Source of the DNA: Macrostomum lignano
Taxonomy: Eukaryota
Direction of reading: 5' to 3'
DNA length: 64,000 bases
Assembly (NCBI GenBank): GCA_002269645.1
Contig: NIVC01002222.1
Coordinates: forward strand, 104,539-168,538
Shown here: one piece after another, positions 36,342 through 47,200 of the stretch
Numbering within the stretch: position 1 is the stretch's first letter
Layout: each line of letters opens with the position of its first letter
The notes under the pieces: model-generated
What the model was told of the DNA's origin: nothing
The model's database searches: none
The model's input: only the letters and a program-made list of their open reading frames with translations
Program-made: the position numbers and the translations under genes

Positions 36342-39300
36342 TCACATGTGCTCCGGGTGCTCCCTCAGCTCGTCAATAAACTTATTAGGCGCCACTTGGC
36401 CAACGCAGATGAGGTGCACAGCCGACATCAGCGGGAACCGCTTCACCAGGCCTCTCTCATTGAGCATGGTGTACACCTCGGCTGCAGTGAGCGGGCCCTG
36501 CAGCTTCTGGCCATTCAGCATCTCCTCCTCGAGCTGGGTGATCGGCTTCCCCGTGCGCACGAAGGCCTCAGCCAGCTTGCGGTTCCGGCCGCCGTAGCAG
36601 GTGGTGACCAGGTCCGCCATGCCGCACGACTCGAAGAAGGTCTCATCACGGACACCTGCAGGTAAGCAAAGGTGAGGCAGAACGGTCCAGTGATGAACAC
36701 CTGTTATTTGAAATTAGCTTAGAAGTTGCATGGAACTACAGGGTGCGGGCACACTGGCCTTTGGTGATATCATCCCACAACCAGCGCTGACGGCAATTCT
36801 GCTCATTGCGCTGACTCCTGGGCGCCAATACTACGCATACACACGATCATACAGGGTGAACAGCGGTCTGACTATCTTAGGGGATGTGTGAATCGTACGT
36901 AAGTGGATCAAGTGAAGCAAATCTAGCTCCTAGGTCCTTGCGCCTTGATTAGCAGCAGCGTCCATAACCCCCCCCCCTCCTAATTAACTAAGTAAGCGCC
37001 GCAACTCACCCCGGTCTTTGTAGAAGGTCTTGATGAAGTGGATCATCTCCATGAGGCCCAGCCGGATCACAGCCGCCTTGGTGTTGTCACCGTAGCCCAG
37101 GCCGTCGCAGAAGCCGGCCCCGGTGGCCACCACATTCTTCAGGGCGCCGCACAGCTCAACAACAACCTCGTCATCAGTGGTAACTAACCGAAAGTAGTTA
37201 GTTTGAAACAAAGACTTCAGCTCACGAGCTTTGGCCGGGTCTCGGCTGCCAATGGTGGCTTCGCAGTAAGTCTCCTGCCAGTTCATAGGTAAACTGAGTT
37301 TGAGTAATGGGCAGATGTACAACCGACAGCTCAGTGCATCTGAAGGCTGCGTACGGCTGGGGGGTCGCCACATACACCCTCAGTTACCCAAGCTAATGCT
37401 GGCACCCATTTTACAGTTGGGTGAACTGAAGCAATGCAGAGTCAAGTATCTTGCTCAAGGACACAAATTGTTCCAAGTGGATCGATGACGATAATCGAAC
37501 CCGCATTTTTTCAGTCAGACGCTCTAACCTTTGAGCTGCAATCCTCTTGGCTACAAATGAACAAATCTCTCGCCATATATAATTAGCCTCCTGATAAAGA
37601 AAATTTTACCTGCGCCACCTCCGGCGCTAAATTGGCGCCCATAAGCAAAGCGCAGTCGATGCCCAGACTCTCCCGAATGAGGTCAGACAGCAGCGACATG
37701 CCCTTGCCCTCCTCGACGTGTACGCCTTTGATGAGGGAGACACCGTATGCGCCGGGTTTCAGGTGTCCCTGCGTCAGAAATGGACAGGCGTTGCGATATA
37801 AACAGATGCATTATTTTGGTATTTATGGTATTCTAATCACAAAATTTATCGCTTATTCTTGGGACATCTTTCTTCAAGTAGTAGCTTATCTACTAAATAT
37901 CTATCCAAGAAGCAGTGTACTCACGAATCTCTATCCAAGAAGCACTGTACTCACGAATCTCTCTATCCAAGAAGCAGTGTACTCACGAATCTCTATCCAA
38001 GAAGCAATGTACTTACAAATCTCATACCTATATATCTCTCTCTAACTCTAAACCCTGATTCTAAACTCTAAACTTTAATAATTAAATCTATAAACTCCAT
38101 AGCAACCAAAAACAGCAGTTTAAAGGCTGCCAACTTTACAAACCTTTAGGGTGTTACAAGTCCTGGGCAGGAACTGATGTGGCAGAACAAAGACCAGGAT
38201 ATCAGCCCATTCGCCAACAGCCACAAGGTCAGGGTTGGCAACAACATTTGTTGGTAGTTGAATACCTGGCAGGTATTTCACATTCTCGTGCTGGGTGTTG
38301 ATGATCTCAGTGAGCTTCTTGCCATCTACCATTTCCTCAAAAACCCACATGCGGACCTGTGCAATAGGATAAAGTTTTTCTGATATAAAAAACTGACTAA
38401 AAATTTTATAGCCTTTAGCTTTCAATAATATATTAATAACTTAACTGTCAATAATAAAAAATATTGGCCTAGAAAAAGTATGATTGAGACATAGGACCTT
38501 TTAGTTTGATCAAAATCTGCTGGATTAATTACTAAATAATATGTTAAAATTATAGTTTTTAGTATCAATTTCTTTTTATATTAGACAGTAGACACAAAAT
38601 ATAGAAAGAGTCAATGGATATAAATTAAAGCAAAAATATTGAATACTAATTTAAAGAATAAAAAACTATAAAAGTTATACGTAGACAAGACTACAAAGGT
38701 GAAATTTAAAGTATTTAGGCAAATAAGTTATATATAGTCAATGATGTGTTTATAGAACTTTAAAGTATAATCTATATATTTTTAATCTATTATTAGAAAA
38801 TATGGTAAAAAAAGAGAAGTGGCTTATTATAAATATATAGAAAAAAGAAAAAATAAATTCTTCAAAATTCTTTATAAATGCCAATGTATTTTTTGTCATA
38901 TAAATGCAATTAACAATGATATATGTTAATGTTTATCTTCTAACTTTACATAATAAAATTAAAATCTAATTTTAAAGGGCAGACTAATTTTTAAGTACGA
39001 AAAGACAAATAAAAAAATAAATGAGATTTGATATTTCATAAGTCAGTAATTAAAAATATTTATTTTTGATTTGGCCTAGAACTATAAAGCTTCTTAGACT
39101 ATTTAATACAAAAAAGATTTAACACTTTTATGTAAACTAAAATATAAAAATAGAAAAAAATATTTGTCAAGTCTTTGTCCAAGTGGTAATATAAAAAATT
39201 GTATAGCTTTCAATTAAAATTTTTGTTAATTAGTTAGATTATTCTATAAAACTCTTTTCTTTTCATTTTCTTTGTCATTTTTTATCATCTAGACAAGATA

Positions 39301-39792
39301 GCCAATTTAAAAAGTAATAATTCAACTAGCAAGTCATTATTTTTATAATTTATTTTGAACTTTTACTTATTTTCTCCCATAGGTTTCATTTTACCTTGTC
39401 TCAATTTCTTGCAATACCTCAACCTGTAAATTTCTAGCCCATAACACAATATTTTTTCCCAAACCTCTATTATATTAATAGTGAATGTGTAGGAGCCTAA
39501 TACATAGTACTAATTCATAATTGACATCCATTTACATAAGGCCATAAGCTATTGATATGACACAAAATGATAAAAAATGGCCACAAAATTAGGCAGAAAA
39601 ACAAAGACAAAAAGACACAAATAAAACTTTCGGAACATTTTCGGAACATATAAAGAACAAATAGAACAAATGCAGCAAACGCCTTACCTCAGAATTAAAA
39701 TTTTCCTGATTCACAACATTGTGACCACAAATCCTGGCAATACAGGAACCCCAATTACCAGAACCAATAACTGCTACATTTTTTGGAGACAT
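36342..39792 (-). CDS. GPD1: NAD-dependent glycerol-3-phosphate dehydrogenase, cytosolic (351 aa, 5 exons)
   Basis: Exons 39792-39688, 38356-38144, 37768-37610, 37274-37010 and 36655-36342 are in frame with GT..AG. Motifs: [76 protein letters not shown]. Confidence 0.97.
37305..37545 (-). mobile_element. tRNA-derived SINE, family A, copy 3 (more diverged)
   Basis: Same body as the other copies with internal deletions. Located in GPDH intron 3. Confidence 0.82.
37905..38020. repeat. ~30-32-bp short tandem repeat
   Basis: CTATCCAAGAAGCAGTGTACTCACGAATCT, about 4 copies. Confidence 0.85.
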
Positions 39793-42259
39793 TTTGAATT
39801 TATTCTAGTTTAGATAGTAGATAAAAGTAATCTCGGCTTAGCTTAAGTATTTACAATGATCTAATTTCCAAAATAATGTGCGCGCGCGTGCGTCAACACT
39901 GAATTTCCTGGACAAACGAATGTTTAAAACTTTTCGTGTTTTTTCATCGTTAAGAATGGCCCGGAAACCCTAAGTAAATATATAAAGCATACTAAAATAA
40001 AACTGAATATTTCTTAACAGAAGCCACTACATAGAGATATCCAAAAATACTTGTACATCGAGTTTGCATGAAAAGTAGTCTAGTTAATCCCTGCAAGAGT
40101 TTGCCTAGCCAATCGACTGTCAACTGAATTTATTGGCCTTAATGTATAAAAACACGATTTTTGAATTTAACAAAAATGAGACTTTAAATGTAAAAAAAAT
40201 CCAAAGACAATTTAGTATAGTTAGTTCGAATTTTTTCATGATACAATAACCCCTTTGTTTCTAATCAGTTGTTTTTAAAAGCCTTGAAAAATAGTCTGAT
40301 GTTGCGCGAGTCAACAATATCATTTTATCATCTGATATCATTGTATTATTTTATCTTTATCATTATCATCATTATCATTAGATCAGCTAAGAATCATAAT
40401 ATCCAGTCCAGTCAGTCAGTCTTAGTCACTCAGTCGGTTATGTCGATTGAAGATGTGACGTCCTTCAATACGTATCGTTCAATACACGTATGGGCAAGAG
40501 TAGCACATTAATAAACACAATTGCTTTACCAATTACCTTTTTACCAAGACCCCTTGTTTGATTCTGACTAAGCATTGTCATGACATGAGCACCACGATGA
40601 TGCTTCTTATATGGGAAATTTTTTCCGCGCAGAAATAAATGTTGACTAATTTCAGACTTCAATGGCACACAATAAACTAGGCCTAATATGAAAAGTTCCA
40701 CTAGGTCTGCCTAAGTAACCCATTTTTCATATTTCTATTTGTAGCTAAATCTATTTTTTGGATAGCCATAGCCTAGGCCCTATCAATTGCTAGGCCCCCC
40801 TATATGTTATTTATGGAACTAACTTCCTATAACTTCCAATAACTTTGTTTTCTAATTTAATTACAAGAGAGGGTTTTCAATTTTTACTGGAATATAATAA
40901 GAAAAAATAAATAAGTCTCATTTATTATACCAAAATGCCTTACATGGGAAATTCCACCAAAACAAAAGCAAAAATAAATAGGCCTAAATAAGAAGTAGGA
41001 ATATATTATTATTAAATGTGACTTATTTATTTGACTTATGCCTAGCTATAACTATAAGGTTATCCCCAGAGCTAGAGTAAATAAAGAGATACAGGGAATA
41101 GATATAAATGCCTATTCTACTAATCCTTGAATAACCTATGTTTCTATAGATAAAGAGTTGGTGCCATTATTTAGGAAGGTCTCTTCAAAGGCAATGAAGC
41201 AATGGTTAAACAAAGAGGGCTCCTTAGACTAGGCTCAATCTTTCTATTTCTCAACTTTATTAAAGTTTTTACTTTTTGACCACACTTAATATTTTTAATA
41301 ATTTCATATTTGATCATATTTGATTATACTATATATCAAGTGTATACCCCTCTGGTATACCACTTTTTTAGTATGCTAGGCCCTACTTCTTAGCCTTTCT
41401 TAAGTATATTAACACTTTTCAAAGTCAAAGTGCATTATTTTTATATATTTATTAAAGATTTATATTAGAGATTAAGGCTAAAAGCTCCTACACTATTTTT
41501 GAATCTAGTATTAAAATCTGTTATCTTAGTACTCATGGTATACATTAAGATTGTCCCCCTAAGCTAGCTAAGCATAGGGCCTAGCTCATCATTTTAGGAT
41601 TTTTAGTAAGTTATATAAAATGTACTAGACTTTTGGAGATAAGGTTTCTAGGATAAATCCTAGGGTAAAATTTATCCTAAAAACAAATTACATTCTACAC
41701 AGAATGAGAAAGTAATTTATAAATAAATGTGTATATCTTGGCAAATATATGCATAACTTCAATAATTTCTTTTCTTTGGCTCTGAGGAATGATGTAGGGG
41801 TTACTTCTGTCCTTATAAATAATCTCACAATGCTACCAAAGTTGTGATAAGGGTGAGCTTCCCTCTATTGATTAATGTACTTTGGTATCAATTTACTTAT
41901 ACTTATTAGTAGTGTGCCTACTTCTTTATCTACTTCTATATTGGTAGTGTCTACTTATCTTATTGGTAGTGTCTATACATGTACTGTACTCTTTGACCTG
42001 AATGGTCTAATGGCACTGTCTACTCTATTTACTCCTTTAAGTTTACTCTCAGTCCTGGGCATTCCCTGGATCAAAGGGTCATGGCCTTATATATTTTCCC
42101 TGCCCTGAGGCAATTCTCACTTTTAGCAGTTTCTGATACTCCCAATGAGGGGCTTAATACTCTAGAAAATGAGTAAGGCTTTTTGAATACTGCAATCTAG
42201 TGATTTAATATAGGAATGAATATATTCAGAGCAAGTTATTTAGCTTGCAGAACTGTAAC

Positions 42260-42555
42260 CATACATGCGCAACCTCCAAAATTCGGTCGGCCGTGCAACT
42301 TAGTTTTAACAAAAATGCAACATAGTTTTTGGCCAAAAATGTGACTTACATGTAAAAAAAACCCGAAGCAAAATTAACGCAACTTTGGGTAAACGACAGG
42401 AGTAACTTTGACTGTCTTATTAAGCCAAAATGCCTCGTCAGCTACTTAGTACTACTACTTGGTGTTTTTCGAGTGGGCATTTTTGCAACCTCCTTGGTTG
42501 GCCACCAAATCTGTCGGCCAGATCGGCCAACTCTGCCGACTGTTGCGCATGTATG
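42260..42555. mobile_element. hAT-type MITE
   Basis: Perfect 14-bp TIR CATACATGCGCAAC / GTTGCGCATGTATG and an 8-bp TSD ACTGTAAC on both sides. Confidence 0.88.
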
Positions 42556-42640
42556 ACTGTAACACAAAGTAAACAAGTTGACATGATTTATTTTTCTTGC
42601 CCTGTTCTAGGCTCTTATTTATATTAATATTTTTTATAGT

Positions 42641-43191
42641 CATACATGCACAACCTTGGGATTCACCTGGCCATTTCTATTGGCAACATACACACATGTA
42701 AGTCGCTATTGGCTGAGAACAGTCACGTGACTACTAGAGGTCGGACGGGATTGAAATCTTCGGGCGGGATCGGGATCGGGACCGGGATTCGGGAATCGGG
42801 ATCAGGTCTTTTAATGTATTGTCCATGTAAAGTTAAACAAAATTGAGAAAAGATTGTAAAGATCAAGAAGTAAAACACAATGAAATTGATGTGAAGTTTT
42901 GTAACCAACAAAGTAAAAAATGTAACGAGTACAAGTTAAAGCAAAATACCTTCAAGTAATCACTAATTCTATAAATTATTAATCAAAAGACCTGTTCCCG
43001 AATCTCGAGTTTTTTAGGGTCGGGATTCTGGTCCCGCGGAAATTCAATTTTCCTTGGGATCCTGAGATTTCGAGACCGGGATCGGGATCCCGTCCAACCT
43101 CTAGTGACTACTATTCCCTCCAATAGCAACTTACATGTGTGTGTTGCCAATAGAAACGGCCGGGTGAATCCCTAGGTTGCGCCCAAGCATG
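42641..43191. mobile_element. hAT-type MITE with long subterminal inverted repeats, host of a nested MITE
   Basis: About 65-bp imperfect inverted repeats (CAACC.TGGGATTCACC.GGCC.TTTCTATTGGCAAC..) and an 8-bp TSD TTTATAGT on both sides. Termini are related to the 42260 element. Confidence 0.82.
42735..43103. mobile_element. Nested hAT-type MITE
   Basis: TIR TAGAGGTCGGACGGGAT / ATCCCGTCCAACCTCTA, 8-bp TSD GTGACTAC at 42727-42734 and 43104-43111, and subterminal CGGGAT motifs. Confidence 0.9.
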
Positions 43192-43650
43192 TTTATAGTT
43201 TCAAACAAAAATTCAAAAAATAACTGTAAAAAATATTTTTATAACTCACAACATTTAAACAAAAGATAAAATATTTGTTTTTAGCATGTATTTAAAATAG
43301 AATTTTCTAAGAAACATGAAAACAAGTAAATTTTTAGAACTATTATACAGTATTATATTATTATTAATGCACTATCTCAGGAAGCTTTAATGAAATAATA
43401 CTTGTGCTAAAGTTACCATTGCTACATTTAAATCTAACAATATATGCACCTTTATGGCAATCCCTATTGTTCTTTATGCCTTTCTTGGTAAAAAATATTT
43501 GTTTTGTACACTTAATGTATGGAGTATACCTTGGCCTAGAATATAGATTGAGACAACAAGGCACATACATAGAGAGAAATGGTTAGATTGGATAACATAG
43601 AGGTCTCTATTTATAAGTTTAGTCCTTAGCCTTTAGTCCTTTTTTACATT

Positions 43651-43807
43651 TCCTTTTGCTATTTTGATTTTTATATATATAATCTAAATAATATAGAAGT
43701 GGCTCTTTATTGCTAACTATCGCCAATAAGCTTGGAGATAGTTAGCAATAAAGAGCCACTTCTATATTATTTAGATTATATATATAAAAATCAAAATAGC
43801 AAAAGGA
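43651..43807. repeat. Perfect 71-bp inverted repeat with 15-bp spacer
   Basis: Arms 43651-43721 and 43737-43807 are exact reverse complements (compared base by base). Confidence 0.95.
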
Positions 43808-44228
43808 TTATTGGGCAACTATCTATTGTGCATCTAGGGTTTGTAGGTCAAGATAAGGCCTGGTTTATATAGCTCAATAATATTAATTAGATTTACTAAC
43901 ACTAGATATGCAATGCTATAAATTTATTTGCAGATAGTAGTTATTCCCTTAGTAGCATAATAGAACTTAGCTATATTGTTCCAAATGCTATAAACTGGCT
44001 CAAACCTTGTGCTATCAAATAGAGTTAGATAGCAGTTTGCATTCTTCTTAGGCCATTAAGGCTTAGGGTAGTATCTTAGCCATTTTACCTAATTGGGCAA
44101 TAGACCAAAAGAACCCTTAAGACTAGCCTAATATTAGGAAGAGGACCACTAATGACCAGAGCCTTCTAGCCTATTAGCATGGTTGAACACCTTAAATGTT
44201 TAATGGTACATTAAATAGTACCACAGAC

Positions 44229-47200
44229 TTAAGAGTTCAACTGAGCAACACAATGATTTGGTATTGTAAATAAACGATGTCTCAGTCTCGATATATTAAT
44301 CATAAATGATGCTAACACGAATGAAGCTCAATATATAATTATTAACGCATTGGGGTGGCGGGGCGCACGGGGTACAAAATCGGGGTGGTGGGTACACTGG
44401 ATGTACAGTCAATATTTCAATAGTCAATCAGCTAGTCACTTAGTCATAAGTACAGCGGTAGAATCCAGCGCTGCCTCATCTCCCCCCTTCGAAACAGATA
44501 GGGGGCACGCCTCGAGTTGACCGAGCTGGGTAGCGACGTACTGCTGTTTGACTTGGGCCTTGTTCGGATTCGGTGGGCGGGTCCTGACCGAGTTCGCCAG
44601 GTGGGTCCTGACCGAGTTCGCCAGGCGGGTCCTGACCGAGTTCGCCAGGCGGGTCCTGACCGAGTTCGCCAGGCGGGTCCTGACCGAGTTCGCCAGGCGG
44701 GTCCTGACCGAGTTCGCCAGGCGGGTCCTGACCGAGTTCGCCAGGCGGGTCCTGACCGAGTTCGCCAGGCGGGTCCTGACCGAGTTCGCCAGGCGGGTCC
44801 TGACCGAGTTCGCCAGGCGGGTCCTGACCGAGTTCGCCAGGTGGGTCCTGACCAAGTTCGCCAGGCGGGTCCTGACCGAGTTCGCCAGGCGGGTCCTGAC
44901 CGAGTTCGCCAGGCGGGTCCTGACCGAGTTCGCAGGGCGGATCCTGACCAAGTTCGATAGGTAGGCTCCGGCCGAATCGGTTTGGCTGGACCTGGTCTTC
45001 TACAACGCGTCTCAGCTGATCCGCATGCGCCAGGGCGATGCGACCGCCTTGACGAACGATTAGGGCGGTGTTGGTTCCCTTCTGCACGACGAACTCAGCT
45101 CGCTCCTGACGCTGCTGATCACCAGGCGTGTACCACAGGCTCGCTCCGATTGGTGTGCGCATGGTTATCGGGTTGCGTAGTTGTCGACCCATGAGCTGTG
45201 ACGGGCTCTGCTGGCGCCCAGCATGCGGCACACACCTGTAGTTTAGGAGTACCCTGGACAGGAACGACTCGTAGCTTTCGGACTGGTCCCACGCCGCAGA
45301 TGCTCTCTTGATAGACTGGACCATCCGCTCGGCCAAGCCGTTAGACTGAGGGTGTCGCGGGGGAGTCTTGATGGCGCGGCAGCCGATTCTTTCCAGCCAG
45401 GCGATCAGATTGGCGTCGTGGAACTCGGCGGCGTTGTCGCTGACCAGCACATGAGGCACGCCGTTCCTAGCAAAGACTGTCTGCAACACCCGCTTGACTG
45501 TCGCCGCGTCCCTGTTTTGCACTCGTACAGCCTCGGGCCAGCCGGACATAGCGTCAACTAGAATGAGCAGGAGTCCGACCCTCGGCACACACGCATGATC
45601 CATGTGGACCCTGTGCCACGGCTTTTCCTCGTCGGGCCACCTGTGGACACTCTCCAGACCACTCGGGCGCAGTCTTGAGCAGGTCGGGCAACCTCGAACG
45701 TAGGCCTCGACGTCGCTGCAATAGCCGGGCCACCAGGCTGAGTTCTGTAGGCGAGCGCGCGTTGAGCCAGATCCCTGATGCGTATCGTGCACAATTCCAA
45801 GAACGCCTTGTCGGAGGACAGCCGGGATGACTGGGCGATCACCGTAGCAGAGAACTCCGTCGTCGGTCGTGAGGGCGTGTCGGATGGCCTTGAAAGGTCG
45901 TTCGGCTGGCGAGCAGTTTGACCATCTGTTGACAGCAACGCGTTTCATGACATCAAGCAGCAGTCGGTCCCTTTGGGTCTCTGATTTCAGCTCCTGCCAC
46001 GGGATCACAGCCTCGCCAGTCCAGTGAATGATGCTTTCCGGCCGCTCTGTCAGCTCGGTGTCGCTGTCACCTTCAAAATCCAGCCGCGAAAGTGCATCTA
46101 CTTGCGGAATCGATTCGCCTTTAGTGTAGACGATGTCATAGTCAAAGGCCATCAGTTTGATTGCCCATCGACCCGAAGATGTATTCCAGCGGGCGATGAT
46201 CCGTTCTGAGTGTGAAGCGCGACCCTAATAGGAACTGTTTCGCACGCTCCATAGCCTAAACGATCGCCAGCGCCTCTCTCTCGATGTTTGAATACCCTGC
46301 TTCTGCACTGCTCAGTTTCCGGCTGAAGTACATGATCGGGTGGTTGCCCTGCGAGAGGATCGCTCCGATGGCTTTCTCGCTAGCATCGGTAGTGAGCGTG
46401 GTCTCTTTGTGCTTGTCATACGGCTTGATTACAGGCTCGCTGCACAGCAGATCCTTGATTCGCGTGAAGGCAGCTTCCTGGGCTGGGCCCCAGACGAACT
46501 CAACGTTTCGGCCCCGGAGTTGATTGAGCGGTTCTATGACGTCAGAGTAATTCTTAATAAACCTCCCGAAGAAGTTGGAAAGTCCTAGAAACGATTCGAG
46601 CTGCTTTCTGTCCTTCGGCGAGTTCACTGAGCGAATTTTTCCGACCAGATTGGGGTCCGGGGTGATCCCGCTCGCGCTGATGCTGTAGCCGAGGAATCTG
46701 ACCTCCGTTGCGCTTAGATTGGACTTTTCTAGGTTGATCGTCATTCCAGCAGTTCGCATCGTCTGGAGAACGTGCTGCACTTTGCTCCTTAATTCGGCGT
46801 TGGACTTCGCTCCCAGGAGGACGTCATCCTGGTAGACAATCTTGTTGCTGACATCCTGTAGGATTGTTTCCATGGCTTTCTGGAAAATGGCCGATGCAGA
46901 TTTCAGCCCGGGAACCAGCCTTTTGTAGCGGAAGAGACCCAAAGGTGTCGCGATTGTCGTCACCTCTCGGCTATCTTCATCGAGTTCGATTTGCAGGTAA
47001 GCATCAGAGAGATCCAGTTTAGCAAAGTGCGACATGCCTGCTATCTCAGAAAAAATCGTCTCCATCTCCGGGATCGGGTAGGTGTCATTGCATATCTGGT
47101 GATTGACACCAGCTTTAAAATCGGCACAGTCACGAACCTTTCCATTTGGCTTGAGCACGTTGACAATAGGCGATTGGCTGCCTCCGGGAGAAACCGCCTC

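Larger units (their letters stand above)
40900..44228 (-). mobile_element. Heavily decayed Gypsy-like pol remnant, interrupted by MITEs
   Basis: Minus-strand traces RAGKIYKAMTL*SREC (~42055-42115, like the RNase H-integrase linker) and IIPQSQRK.. (~41770-41795, like the integrase N-terminus) are in the correct order. Many stops; boundaries are approximate. Confidence 0.4.
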
